A stretch of DNA of 64,000 nucleotides from Podarcis filfolensis (taxonomy: Eukaryota): NCBI GenBank assembly GCA_964270895.1, contig OZ185436.1; one strand, written 5' to 3'. Positions 38,085-51,640 of this stretch are shown in pieces. The first letter of the stretch is position 1; each line of letters begins with the position of its first letter. The notes beneath the pieces are model-generated. The model saw only the letters and a program-made list of their open reading frames with translations, made no database searches and was not told the DNA's origin. The position numbers and the translations under genes were made by a program.

Positions 38085-40298
38085 TGCTGCAATTAGGTTT
38101 CCTAAAAAAGAGGGAAAATGTTGTTAGAATAATGTAATTATATGATAATATTTACAAGAGCTGAAGTGCTTGATGCCAACTTGTAAACTATCTATACTGT
38201 TCAAATGTAAACTGCTTTCATTTTTCACAGTATTGACACAACCCAAAATTTCTAATAATACAGCATATTAAGTCCAATGGCTATACTCTAAACCTAACAT
38301 GGAGGATAACATCCAACTCTACCTGTTACAAATTACTGTTGTGAACCTCACTTTTCTTTATCTGACTTTGCTAATGTACTAATTTCATTGTTTACATTTA
38401 TATACCATCATTATTTTGGCATTATTTCATCTTCCATACAAGGAGTCCAAGCAATGTAACAGTTCCCCACCCTTCCCTTTATTCCCAAGAGCTCAGGAGA
38501 TGTAGCTGGTTCTTCTCCACCCAATAAGATCTTTATCTGCTACCAATGTGAGCAGCACGTGAGCAGGGTTGAATACCCAATACAATTCATATGAATCAAA
38601 AACTAGCACCTAAGCCCTTCCTGTCACATTTTAAGAGTCAGCTCCTTCCTATTAAGTTATTTGGCATATTCTTCCTGGAACTCAGGGGTACAGATGTCCA
38701 TCCTGTGAGTGTGTATTGAAATATGACATAGGCTGCTGTCAGCACCCAACTAGTGTCTCTTCCCCACTCTATACTGGCTCTGACTTATCTTTTGTCTCCT
38801 TTGTTCCTCTTCCACCAGTTCTTCTCTCAAGCCACAATTCTTCCCACATACTGCCTCATTTGGCCTTTCGCATAAACCTCTTCCTATACCTTCTTATCCT
38901 TTCATTCATTCTAGTTCATTCATCTTCCCTCTGCTCCATTTAGGTATAGTCCATCCCCATGACTATTTTTCCAACACATAATCCCCCCCAGGAACCACAT
39001 GAGGTAAAAATCTCTGATGCCTTATGTCACATCCTTCCAAGTTTAGCCTATTACTTTTTCTTCTCTCTACTTTCAAGATAAATCTCCCCTTCCTGCACCA
39101 TTTCAATGACTCCAGAGAAGGCAAACAGGTGCACAGTATAATAATATAGACACCCATCTCTGTGTTAGAAAAAGCTTATATCCATGAACTATTAATAGCA
39201 GGTAAATTTTGTGCCTTATAAAACTACTGCCTGTTGCTAAATAAGAAATAACTCAGTACAGTATAGCACTTGGGCAATTCATGAGTCATGTCCCACATGC
39301 AGCCCTCACAAACCTACGTGATCCATCAGAGGCAATGTTTGAAATCATCAGGCGCATTTTGCACCTGGTTATCAGCCACTTGCGACCACGTGAAGATGCC
39401 CAGGCACTAGGATGACGCCTGACACCTCCACCATCTTGGAGTTGCACGCCTGGGGATCCTTGGATCTTTGTTTTCACACACCAGCAACACATGCTGTAGA
39501 ATTCTATCTGTTATATTTTATCTGCAGAATCAGAATGAATTTCAGGAACCAAATGCTGTATTTAAAAATATGACTTTAGAGCAGTCTGGCCCCAAAATGC
39601 TAACTAGGAATTCCGTTTTGGCGACTGTAACCATAATTTAAGGAGCCATTTGGCACATAGCTTACACATCTGAGTTTCTAACAATGATCACAGGTGCCCA
39701 AGGCACCCACCCCCAACATTTCCTGACCACCATCAAATTTTGCTGCCTTGGAGTAAGCTCAATTGTGATGGGAAGCATCATCTTCATGTGCCTTCTACTC
39801 CTTGTAAATGGCAGAGAGCACTCATAGGAGATGGAAGATGCCTTTCTCCCCATCACAATCAAGAAATAGTGAGTGTGTATGATAATAGCCCAGCCCTACA
39901 CTGCGTTTGGCCATATCCAATGGCAAGTGGCTTAACTGTTCACCAACCACCCATGCGGCCCTTAGGTGAACTACGCCTACATTATAGGAATATGCTCAAG
40001 TTCTCTAATACTCAGGGATAACATGGGAAATAGATAGGATCAGATTTCCAACTCGCACTATGGTGAGAGGCACTCAGAATGTTTCTGAAATGCAGTGTGA
40101 AGGCAATGAAGAGAAATTTACCAGAAAATGATTATAAACACAATTTGATACCTTTTTGATGAAATCTTTATTGTCACTATGAAGCAATTATTTTCCACCT
40201 TTTGTCCCACATTTATCACATTAGACTTTGCCCAGATTTTTCAGTTCTGTAAGTTAATAGCTGCCATTGAAAAGGTCAAGACCCAGCACAGCTTAGGA

Positions 40299-40471
40299 CA
40301 GGCATGTCCAAAGTCTGTTTCGGGTATCTAATATGGCCCGCCAGTCGGTTTAATCCGGCCCCTATGGCAGTTTATTTCCTGGGGTAAAATCCTTAAAAAA
40401 GCTCAACAACTTTGGTTGGCCCTCCACTTCATCAAATCTGGCCCTCTTTGGAAAAAGTTTGGCCACCACTG
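40299..40471. mobile_element. hAT-type MITE in CNBP intron 1
   Basis: Perfect 8-bp TSD GCTTAGGA; ends CAGGCATGTCCAAA / TTTGGCCACCACTG. Confidence 0.85.
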
Positions 40472-41399
40472 GCTTAGGAGCTCAGACAAGTGTATTTATT
40501 TAATAGTTAGCTTTAACAGTTCAGCCAAAGGGACACTCCAACTAGGCAAGGCTTTTAAATAAATTATGTAGCTTGGGCATCTGTTTTAGTTTTGGGGGTA
40601 CAATAACTTGTGCTTGTTATATTTACATTGTCTTTGATTTCATGATTCTATGCCTTATTTGTATTCAATTCTTATCTTATTTAAGCAATTTAAGTCACCC
40701 AGATAACTTTTCTATGAGGCAGCATAAAAATGCTTTAAATGACAAAGTAAACATATGTTAAATTTCTAAAGGGCAACAGTATGAACCTGCTACAAACACT
40801 TAATAATCCTAGAACATTTTAAATGCAAATGAAATTATAGTAGCATAAGCAACTGAGACCTGCATCAATATAAACTTCCTTGAGCACTATAAATCGACCA
40901 GATCAGGACATACACAAGTATACCACTGCCTTACTTTCAGAGGACCTGCAGTTACCAAGTAGTGAAGAGCATCTGTTACACAAAATTCACAATTGTGCTT
41001 CAGCCGGGATTCAACTGGGAATTTGGTATTTAGTTATGATCTGCCCTAGCAGTAGCAACAGAATCAACAACGTGCAAGATTTACATGTACTTTAGAAGTA
41101 GTTCTGGTTAATAATGCTCTGGTGCCACTTTTTAAGTCACCTGCTTTTTCAGGCTTCCTCCTCTCAGATTGTTCCTTAGTAACTGACCTCTCCATCAGAA
41201 CACAGGCTGCTTGGCTCATTTGAACTCTTCCTCAGCCTATTCCTTTAAATAGTACTCAAGTGATACAGAATACTACAATAAAGTCCTTGGCTGTCTCCAC
41301 TGGATTTTACACTGTCAAGTCCTCCAAGCACCGTGCTTGTCCCCCGTGTCACTTAAAGCACCTTTCGCAGAATGATCAGCGGTTCACCCACGTCTCAAG

Positions 41400-43200
41400 G
41401 CTGCAAGCACACCCGCCTTGCTTGAGATCAAGTCCCACTGGAGCCAGCGGGGCTTGTTTTCCAACGGAGGGTCGGGCGCGCCGCCTTTCCCCGACCGAGG
41501 AGCGCGCCACACTCACCAATGGGCGGACAGCAGCACACGCCATCTTCGAGCGTCACAGACACGGCCGTGAATTACAATGGATCGGCTAAATAGCTGGCTC
41601 CTCTTGCGAGTTACTCAGCCGAACACGTGGAGGACGCGCGGGGAAGGCAGCGGCGGCGACGCCATCGGAGACGAGCACCTTTCCCGAACTAGCTAGAGGG
41701 CGACCCCAGGCGGAACGCCTCGCTTTGAGGTCCCGAGCCTCCCCACGAGGACACACTCCCACGACGACACTGTTATGGGGAGCGGCCGTGGGGGGGGGGG
41801 GAGAGAGAGAGAGCAGCCTCGCGTGCTGAGCAAAGGCCTCTTCTCCCTCCGCCTCATGATGTGTCCGCGTCCAACTCCAACCCTCGCGGCCCGTTTGAAA
41901 TCTCACGCGCAGGCGCGCAGGGCCTGCACAGGGCCCAGACCAAACGAGCGCTTCTCGTGACGGGCAGGACCCGCCCGTCCCGTCTCCCTCCCGAGCGCGG
42001 GAGGTGGCCCCCGTCTCCTTCCCGGCCCAGAAGGCGGGAACGAGGAGCCCACCTACCTGCAACTGCCTCAGCCCTCCCGCGAGGGGGTCGACCACAGAGC
42101 GCCCTCAGCGAGCCCTTCTTCCTGTCTTCCTCAGAAACAACCGCGGCCGAGTACGGTGTTTTTTTCCTTTTCCCGCGCAGTAGGCCGGAACGAGCCAGCG
42201 CCCTCCTTCCCTCACCCCGCCCAGAGAGCTTTTCTCCTCACTCAATCCCCCCCTCAAACTACGCCAACCCCGTCGGCCTACCTCACCGAGGGTTACCTCT
42301 CTCTCGATTTCGGTTCTGTCGTCAGTTGAAGCTGGACCTCCCCCGCGCGGCGATGGACTCTCCCCGCTCCTGCTCTCCTGCCCCCCCTCTCCGCTGCTCC
42401 GCGTGCGCGCGACTTGACTTGGCCTCTCTCTCTCTCTCTCTCTCTTCCACCCGCTGCCGTTGAGTCCCTGCTGGCTGCGCCACACGCGGTTTGCACACGA
42501 CCCCGCGCACCCTCCCTGCTGATGTGCGCACGGCTCCCTAATTCCGATCACCCCGGCCAATGGCCGCCCGCCGATTCTTCCGCGTGGCCTATCGACGGCA
42601 GGGCTGGAAGGGGCCAATCAGCACCGTGGAAAGGGGGGAGGAGTCCGCCTACCGGAATCTCCTACGTTCATTCTCCTAGCGTGAGCCGAGGGGAGGGACG
42701 AAGAAAGGGAGTGGGCGGGAGGGGAGAGCGCGAGAAGAGGCGCTTTTCCCGCTCGCTGCCTTTCTCGGCCTCTCGGCTTTTCCGCGGGAGGCGCTCGCTC
42801 GTTCGCCGGCAGCCCTGTTGTCGCACCTGAATTGGTAAAGGCGGCGCCTTGCCGTCTTAGTGCGGCGTCGCACTTCTGAGGGCTGCGGCAGGCGCTCCAC
42901 GGGGTTGTTGAAAAATGTCGCAGCGTACAAAAATACACCAGGAGCGGCATCCATAGTTTTCCGCGTTACTTTTAAATTTTCCCTCAGGATGCCTGAAGGC
43001 TGCACTCCTGCACACATTTTATCGGCAGGGAAGCTTAGTGGGCCCTAGTGAACCGCCCTAGATCTGTAGGTGAAGGGCGGTATACAATTTTTAATACCAA
43101 AATATAGAAAAGGCAAAGGATTGGGTTCCACAGTGTAACGTGCGAATGTCGCCAGCTCACGCCAGTTCGCAAACAGCATCCTGAAATTAATTTCACCAGT
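41400..43200 (-). promoter_or_regulatory. CNBP CpG island / promoter
   Basis: CpG-rich; CCAAT at 42557 and 42614; ETS at 42652; GC boxes. Confidence 0.85.
42287..42500 (-). other. CNBP: Probable non-coding exon 1 of CNBP
   Basis: rc CCGCGTGTGGCGCAG (42489-42475) matches the recalled human 5'UTR start; tandem donors AGAG|GTAACC (42296) and CTCG|GTGAGG (42287). Confidence 0.6.
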
Positions 43201-44430
43201 GAGAAACTGCAACTGGCTGAGACTCCCACGTCCAGTGAAAACTTGTTGACAAAGCCAAGATCTTCTGCCAGATAATACATGAAACAGCAGTTAGGCAATG
43301 TCTTCTTAGCTTTGCCACTGCAGCTTATCATCTCCTATTTCCTTTTTTTGGAAAGGCATGTGGACTGAGTGGAACAAGTGAGTAACATTTGTAACACTTT
43401 TAGGCTGCAATCCTAGACTATCATATGGATGGATAAGGGAGAATCTTAAGAGCAGCCAGCAGAGTTTGGGATATTTTTGCAGCAGCCAATCAACCAGCTG
43501 AACTGGAGAGCAGTTTCAAATAGAGGCGAGGGCTTGTCAATTCTATTGGCTACAGCAAAAACTTGCACACAACCAGAAGTACAGTACATGTATTTTACAA
43601 CCCCTTGCATGTGAATAGGGTTGCCAATAATTCTGGCTTTGCTGTGCAGATAAGTGTAGAAAGGACACAAGTTTGGGGGATGACAACACATGGGCTATGT
43701 TTCAGCAAATTCTTAGAAAAGCAAAAATGTGGCTCAGGAGCAGCAGCTAATCAGCACTTTAGGGTTCCCTTATTGCCCTAGTGATTCTCTGAAAGTGCAG
43801 AAAGATTTAAAGCATTTTGTAAAGGATGGTGTTGTGGGGTTTGGTTGTTGTTTTTTTGGTTGTTTTTTTAAAAAGCCCTCTTCAGTGCAATTATACTTAT
43901 CTGTTGAATTCTATATAAGGATAGTATGCAGTTTTAGGGAGTGAGTCATGTGGATGACATTTGGGCAGACAGAAATGATACCAGTATAAGAAAGATTTAC
44001 TCAAATAGATTATCAATAAATAAATTAGTTAAACCTCATGTTACTAAATTTCCACATACATTTGAATAAAAATATAAAGACAATTTAGCTCCATCAGCTT
44101 AGCTGAGGAGCTGTAGTGCTTTGCATACTTTTATATACTAAAAATAGTCCTGGTCTCATTTTAGGAGCATGAGAAATCACAAGCAGAGGGTTAGTAGCAG
44201 AATCAGAAAAGGGTGCATAGCTGGGAGTTTTAAAAAGTAGAGGTCTCTAGAAGTGAGTAGTGGATTAAAAAGTTAAGTGAATATTATCTATAGTTTGGGT
44301 TAGAAGAACTTTAATTACATAATTTTTATTTCAAACCTTGTTTTTGTATTTTAAAATGTACCACTTTTCAAATACATACTGGGAAAAGTCAATAAATTTT
44401 TTAAAATCTAAAAATAACAATAAAATTAAC

Positions 44431-44730
44431 TACCGGCGCTCTAGCCATTTCAACTATTGTTTCATTGCCCTCAGCTCCAGGAAAAACCACAGGGCAGTCC
44501 AGGCTCCATGCAATTGGAGGGGGCGCTTCGGAGCCAGACAGTCGATAGCCCTGGTTAACTCCGCATTCCAGCGGATAACCAGGGAATCAGCTGAAAGGCC
44601 ATCAACATGGGGTAAAATATCTCCTACCACTCTCTGGAAACCATTTGGGTCCATTAAGTAGCGGGGGCATACCATCTGAATCAGTCCCACCTCCCTGCAG
44701 AGGGAAGGGTCGTGGAGAAGTCCAGTCTAT
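44431..44730 (-). mobile_element. L2-type LINE ORF2 internal fragment, open frame
   Basis: LDFSTTLPLCREVGLIQMVCPRYLMDPNGFQ..WNAELTRAIDCLAPKRPL..ELRAMKQ. Confidence 0.65.
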
Positions 44731-44950
44731 ACTCTGGTAACCTCTAGGTTGGATTAATGCACTTTGTTATACCTTAGCTGCCTTCAAAGATGGTTTAGAA
44801 ACTGCAACAGGAGCTGAATTTGGTAGCCAGATTGTTGACCGGGACAGGACAGTCTGAACATAGAATTCAAATTCTGGCACAACTGAACGAGCTGCCAATT
44901 TTTCGCCTGGCTCAATTCAAAGTGTTAAGTTGACCTGTAACGTCTTATGC
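44731..44950 (+). mobile_element. Degenerate L2 RT C-terminal fragment
   Basis: gtaacctctaggttggatta.. similar to the 18722 copy. Confidence 0.65.
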
Positions 44951-47203
44951 CTGCTCAGGACCCCAATGCCTCATGGACAGCCTCTTCTCACAAGAACAGT
45001 AGAGCAGTACTGTACAGTCCCTTAGTCCCCCTTCCAGGTGACCACCCTCTCTTCAACCTCAGCAACTTTTTTGCCTCTGTGCCAACCAGATTGGAGCCAA
45101 AGCAGGACCACTTGAGTCTAGGGCTTTTGGCATTATAATCAATCTGGGGCATACATGTCGTTCCATATTACAACTATGACATGTTCAATCATGTGAAAGT
45201 ATTTTACCCCACATACTTGATGAATAAGTATGGAGATGGGATCCAGAGTCAACAAAACAGATCAGAAGCAAAGGAAGCTGGGCATTAATGACCTCTGAAA
45301 GAACCTGTTACTATGCAGCTAAGGTACAGAGGTTCCTGAAGGACACTTATAGTCACTGCCTCTACCAGGTCCTCTGCTGGGTCACTGTCTGCAACAGGGT
45401 GACAGCTGGTCATAAAGCTCTCAAACATCAAACAATACTGTAATACATTAATAAGGATTTTACATAAATGATACAATTTACATAAATGGTATGAAATTAA
45501 TAGAACTCAGCACTGCCCTCCCAAAATTCTGTCTTTCCGGTTGTGTCACCACAAAACCCTTTTTCTGAGCTTGATCTTAATGCTGGCTGGAGGGGTTCGC
45601 ACTCAGAAGCTAAAACTATCAGTCCTTCATAACATAAAGAACATCAACAAACAAGGAACCTGTTTTCAAGAATTCACAGCTTAACAAAAAGCAAACAACA
45701 AGCATCAAACTGTTCTGAGGTAATGCACTAGTCCATAATGGTGGCCTCTCCCACTGCACATGTGTAGCCTTCTTAATGCAGTATACAGCAGTGGGTTACA
45801 TATGCAGTTTAAGCACATGCAGTGGTGGTCTTTAAGAGATCCAGCAAAAGTTTGTATTCTGTGATGCACAACAGGTTAATCTCTAATTTAGATCAGATAG
45901 ATTTAAATGAAATATGGAGCTCAAAAATAAATTTCAGCTAGCATGTTGGAGGTCAGCTTTACATAATATAAAGTTTTCCTTAGGATCTTTGCCTAAAGTT
46001 AATAGAGCAAATTGTTTTGCAGAACGTTAACTGGATGTTGACATGGTCTAAGCTTGTGGGTATTCAAACCAATGATAGGTGCTGGAGGTGTGAGTTGGAG
46101 CAAGCAGATTTAATTCATTTGCTTTGGCAAAGCCCAGATGTTGTCAGTTTTTGGAAAGTGGTTCAAACTAGAATGCAGTAAGTTTAGTTTTGACTGCGTC
46201 TTTAGAAATTACTGGTGTAAATGCAATAGCTGTCTATGTATCAAATAAATGAGGACTGGCAGAGGGAATTATTTAGCTAAAAGAATAATCTTGAGGCACT
46301 GAAAATTTAGAGTGGCACCAAGTATTGTAGTATGATCTCCTGCAGCTGGTTGCTCATAAAAGGGTCCCATCTGGTAAAATGCAGAAGGATGGCCACTTCA
46401 ATTTATATAATTCTAGATATATATAATTGTATGCATGGGACACAGAGAAATATTTCTGTTGCTATTGTTGCTATTATTAATAGTATTTTTAATTTTCCAT
46501 TTCTATTTTTGTTTCTTTAAGGAAGAAGGGTGGGTTATGTTTTGATGGGTGAGGAGGAGCAGGAAGTTTGCTGGAGTATTGCTGTTAGATGCATTGTTTG
46601 CTGTATGAGAAACTGTCAACAAACCATTAACAAACCCAAGTTTATATTTATTTTTGGAGGCTTAACTACGCATTGCACATAAGTGCGTGTAACAGACAAC
46701 TTTAGGAGGGGGTGATATGTAGCAGAGAAGCAGTGGGGAAAGGGTTGTGTGTATCTTTCCTCCATTTTTCTGATAGAATTCCCTTCCTGTATTCCCTACT
46801 CCCCCCCCCAATGAGAGGGGGAAAGCAACTGAGAGGGACAAGTTGCAGTTGAAATGTTTTTATGCTTCTGGATCTAGTGCTTTGGAAAATAGTCATACTT
46901 TGCCCTTTATGGTCAGTATAGCGTTCTCTGAGAAGGTCCAATGTGTTGTGGTTTCTCAGGTTTCTCAGACATTTTGCATGACTATAGGGAGAAAAATAAT
47001 GCTAGATGGCATTGGCACATTCAGTCAGTGTGAAGTGTTTGCATGTCCACTGTTTCTTAAGGGCGCATGCTCTAAAAGTTTATTTACTCTGTCAGGGACT
47101 AGCCACTTTGAAGGCAACACCAAGAGAGAGAAGCAGCAAGGCCCCTTGTATTAGTGATATTGATTCCCCCCCCCCAGTCAAAAAGGAAAGGTATAATACA
47201 GAA

Positions 47204-47371
47204 GGGCTGTAGCTCAGTGATAGAGTATCTGCTTTGTATGTAGAAGGTCCCAGGATCAGTCCTTGTCATATCCAGATAGGACTGGGAGAGAGCCCTGCCT
47301 GAAACCCGGAAACAACAGAGAGGCCTGCCAGCTAGTGTTGACTTAGTATAAGACAGCTTCCTATGTTCCTA
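47204..47371 (+). mobile_element. tRNA-derived SINE (Squam1-like)
   Basis: GGGCTGTAGCTCAGTG head; ..AGACAGCTTCCTATGTTCCTA tail. Confidence 0.7.
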
Positions 47372-49977
47372 AATACTTTGATATTAAATAAATAAGGCAA
47401 AGGATTAATGCTAATATGCATTGTTTTAGCAGTGGAGCCACTTAAGAAACATATTTGGTTCATTCACGTTCCCCAGCCCATGGCTGAACTCAGGGAATAC
47501 CAGTCCTGCCAGTTTGCAGCAGAAGTCAGCTGTGCACAAGACTTATTAGGTTTGTGATGCCACAAGAACCAGCCATTCTCTCCCTCCAATTTTGGAGTTG
47601 TTTTGCAACCCTTTAAAATGTATTCCCCCCCCCTCTTTTTAAAGCCACAGACCAATGTTTAATGAATATACTTCATGCTACACTTTACAAAATAAACAAG
47701 TTAAAGGGCCTGCCCGATGATTTGGTGACAGAAGATAGATGACTAAGATCAGCATTCAATAAGATGATAAATACATGTGTTGAGAAGGCAGGAAAAGCTG
47801 GTTCGCTCCATAGGAAAAGAAAAGAAAACATGTTGAATCCTGTACATCCGTACACAAACAAAAACTACCGAGAGGAAACTGAATGGAGCCCACTGAAATA
47901 TTAAACTAGGCTAGTTTGCCTGTCATAATTTTTTAAAATTAGCACATGTCATGTGTGGTTGGGTACATAGCTTGTGCTGGAATTGGAAAAATGATTAAGA
48001 TGCATGGCTGCCGACATATGATGGTACAAATTAAGTGCAAAATAAAAGGGCTGAAATAAAGGACAAGTGGTGAAACAACAGACAGCTTGGGAGCTGCATG
48101 CACACTTGTGACCCATGGTCACAGGATCCCATGGTCCTTTTATTTTCCCAGGTAAAAGCACTTCTAAAGGGGTGGATTTTGAGCCAAGAAGTAGGAGGAG
48201 GTACTACTGCTTCTCTATTCCAACCCTGTCTGCTGCTTTTACCCCTGTTGGATTTTAAAAGCACATTTATGAGAGCAAACAAAGGGTGGAAAGTAGTTTG
48301 GGGCATTTAGAGTAGAGAACTGGATAAAGCCATAAACACCCCAACCATTTTCTCCTATGCTGCTCTATAAACCACCTACACACAAAGTAGTTTTTTAAAA
48401 AATAAAATAAAATAAAATAGGAGAATAAGGCTGCTGCAGTTTGATTATATGCTTTCTGCCTATGAAATTGTACCACGGAATATGTTAAAAATCTTGGGAG
48501 TGATTTACATCAAAACCATCAAAATAAAACAATAACATTTGGGGTGGGAAACTTTAAGCATTCATCTCTTATGACATTAATCACAACTAAGTTGTCCAAG
48601 ACAAGATATCGAATGAAACTAAAATGGGAAGGTACACATCTGTCTTTGTATATGCCACACAGCTGCTGATACAGCTGTTCCAATTACACAAGCCTGGGAA
48701 GGTACCTTAAGCTTCTCCACCCTACAATTAAAGCCATTCCTTATGACAAAGCTGGCAACAGACACTTTTCCCCTGTGCTTCTTTATGACAAAGCGGTGAA
48801 ATTGCAGGAAGGGATGTAAGAGAAATGAGAATTTAGATGTAAGGTCAGATCTACCAGTGCTGATCCAGCATTGTTCACGGGGACTAATTTCTTTGGTGGC
48901 TGCTTAAAACATTTTTGTTTAGGAAAGTTTATCCAGACATGTACATGTCAATGTGTTTTAAATGTTCTTACTGTTAATTTCAGTTATTTTTAATTATTTT
49001 AAACAATTTTTATTGATATTTTAAATATTTATTGTAAACTACTTAGAGGTTTTAAAACAATCAAGTGGTATATAAATTTTGATAAATAAAACAATATATA
49101 TAAACCTGTCACAGATCTCTTGAGTGACTTTCTTGCTTAATGTCTGAATTCCTGACCTGGACATTTGCCCAAAGTGACAAACTACAGAAAGTACAGAAAG
49201 TTCAAAGTACCTGTCAGCTTGTCCAAATAATATTGTGTGTATTTTTAAATCCACTTCTGCCAAAAGTTCTTCCAATTTCCTTTCTCCCCACCTGGCACTC
49301 ATATTCACCAGACTGTCAGTTAATAAAGAGGTGTGGGCTAGCCAGACACTGTACAACACAGAGCAAAACAGTAAAAAGGGAAAGGGTTTGTGTTTGTCTA
49401 AACAGGATTGTCAGGATGAACAAGAAAAAATGTGTCCTTCCAACTTAACTGATTTTGCAGAAGCTGCTATCACTGAACCGCCTGACCTGTTTCTTTTCAG
49501 GTCCCAGCATTCCCTTTCTGAGCAAGTGAGGAAAAGTAATTTGGGAACCAACTAGCCATAAGTCTCATGAGATTAGAAAGCAGAAGCCAAGAGGTAGAAA
49601 GTCAGCAAGTATTGAAGACTCTACAACTGTAGCAAATCTTACCTGTTCTCTTCTGTTCTGGTGGGTGATGGCAAATGGGCTCCTTGGGAGGGGGACTTCT
49701 CTTGCTAGGAGCCACTGCCTTGTTCTTAAAACAGAAAAGATGCTACTTGAATCAGACTGTCTGACCTCAGCAATTATTATTGCAAGAAATGCTGTCAATA
49801 GAAGGTCAGGAAGCCAGGGATTATGAGATCAATTCCATAAGTAGGTCACCAGCTATGCAGAGTTGGGGTTATGGAATTAGGGGTCACACCCTCCATGAGT
49901 AATAATGCAGGAGGCATCAGCTTTGTTGAGTCAGCTCTGATGAAAGGTAGAAATGTAGAAACTTGATAAGCATATGG

Positions 49978-50270
49978 CATGGGTGGGAAACCTCAGGCTC
50001 GGGACAAATGCAGCTCTCCGTAGGTCTCCATCCATAGGCCCTCAGAATGGCCCAGGCCACACCCCTCAATGCCCCTGTTCTCTGCCCTTCTGCAATATTT
50101 TACCTTGCTGGAATGTCTCGTTGAACTGTAATTATAGTTAAGTTTGTTTGCCTAGATGGACAGTGGTGTCTGTCTGGTTACTTTTGCTACACCCACTACT
50201 CGCATGTGGCCCCTGGAATGTTGCTTATGTAAGAATGTGGCTCTCAGGCTGAGAAAGGTTCTCACCCCTA
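49978..50270. mobile_element. Old hAT-like MITE
   Basis: Ends CATGGGTGGGAAACC / GGTTCTCACCCCTA; no TSD seen. Confidence 0.4.
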
Positions 50271-51429
50271 TACTAGAGCTTTGGGGGCATTACTGGATCA
50301 AATCACACAACTGTGAGTAACAATGGCCTCTTTTATTTTTATTATAGGATCTTTAGGAGGGAGCAATTCTGAGCAAAGAAGGGGCGAGGAAGGAGATGCT
50401 TAATTCTTCTCTTGCAAGCATTTTCTCACTCAAAATTGCTTCCTCCACCATGGTTCCTGATGCATGTTTACCCTTGCATGTTTACACATTTTGAAGGAAA
50501 GAATTAAGCACTTTCCGCTACTGGCACTTCTCCACCCCAAATGTTCCACTTCCCAAACTGCTATTTTTTACAAAAAGTGGCTGCTGTTGGGGCTTTAAAT
50601 GGATGCAGCTTCCAATGTGTACTTTGCCCCCCTTCCCGTGCTATACACTCACAGGAAATCTTATAGAAAAGAGCACAACGGGAATCACAAGGGGTGTCTT
50701 ACAGGGAATGTGAGGTGTGATGTAAAGCTATTTGAGTACAGAGTTCTGTCTCTATAGCAGCTTAAATGGGACCCTGCCAAGCATATTTAATGCAAGCCAT
50801 TTAAAGACAACCAATCCAATGGGTTTAGTAAACCTCTGAGCATGGACATATGTTGACTCCTTCCTTTCACCCCTCCCCTACAAACAAACAATAAATTAAG
50901 TTTTAGAACCAGCATTTTTTGAAGTAAGTAGCGTAAATCATGTAAACAGTCTGTAGTGAAAACAGAATGCTGCCGTTACTTTAATGTGAAAGATGGCCAA
51001 TTAAGAACTAATGTTTCCGTGCACTTCCACTCTGAATCATATTGACGTTACTCAGCATTTTCTCTCAAAGTTCCCAGTGGATGAAACAAGTGGAGTGGAA
51101 AGGGGTGCACATCCCACCTTGAAGCTGAACACTGCCCAACAGCTTATCAACTTGGAATATCATGCTTTATCTGCTAGCATCAGCTATAAAATTAAGATGT
51201 CACATATCTCAGGTGGAATGCAGAGGGTAGTCAGCATTTCAAAAGGACATGTTGTTGCACGTTGTAGCTCACTTGCCATATTTTTTATGAAGGGTAGTGA
51301 CGCAGAGCAAATCAGTGTCCCAGGTAACAGCAAACTTCTCCTTTCAGTCATGCCTCACATATGCCCCTCCTTTTCTGGAGCTTTGTCATTTGCATGACTT
51401 TTGTCACAATTAATAACAACAAGATCACT

Positions 51430-51640
51430 AATAATTTTATTATTTATACCCCACCCATCTGGTTGGGCTTCCCCAGCCACTCTGGGTGCCTTACAGCACA
51501 TATAAACAACATAGTAAAACATTAAAAACTTCCCGATACAGGACTGCCTTCAGTTGTCTTCTAAAAGTTGTGTAATTCTTTATCTCCTTGACATCTGATG
51601 GGAGGGCGTTCCACAGGGAGGATGCCATTGCTGCGAAGGC
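51430..51640 (-). mobile_element. L2-type LINE 3' end
   Basis: LWNALPSDVKEIKNYTTFRRQLKAVLYREVF followed by an (AAT)n-like tail. Confidence 0.75.

Noticed and set aside
41586-43048. Long ORFs across the CNBP island
   Set aside because: CpG-island artefacts with no homology I recognise.
42790-43200. Divergent plus-strand transcript from the CNBP island
   Set aside because: Only weak donor-like sites; cannot be supported from sequence alone.
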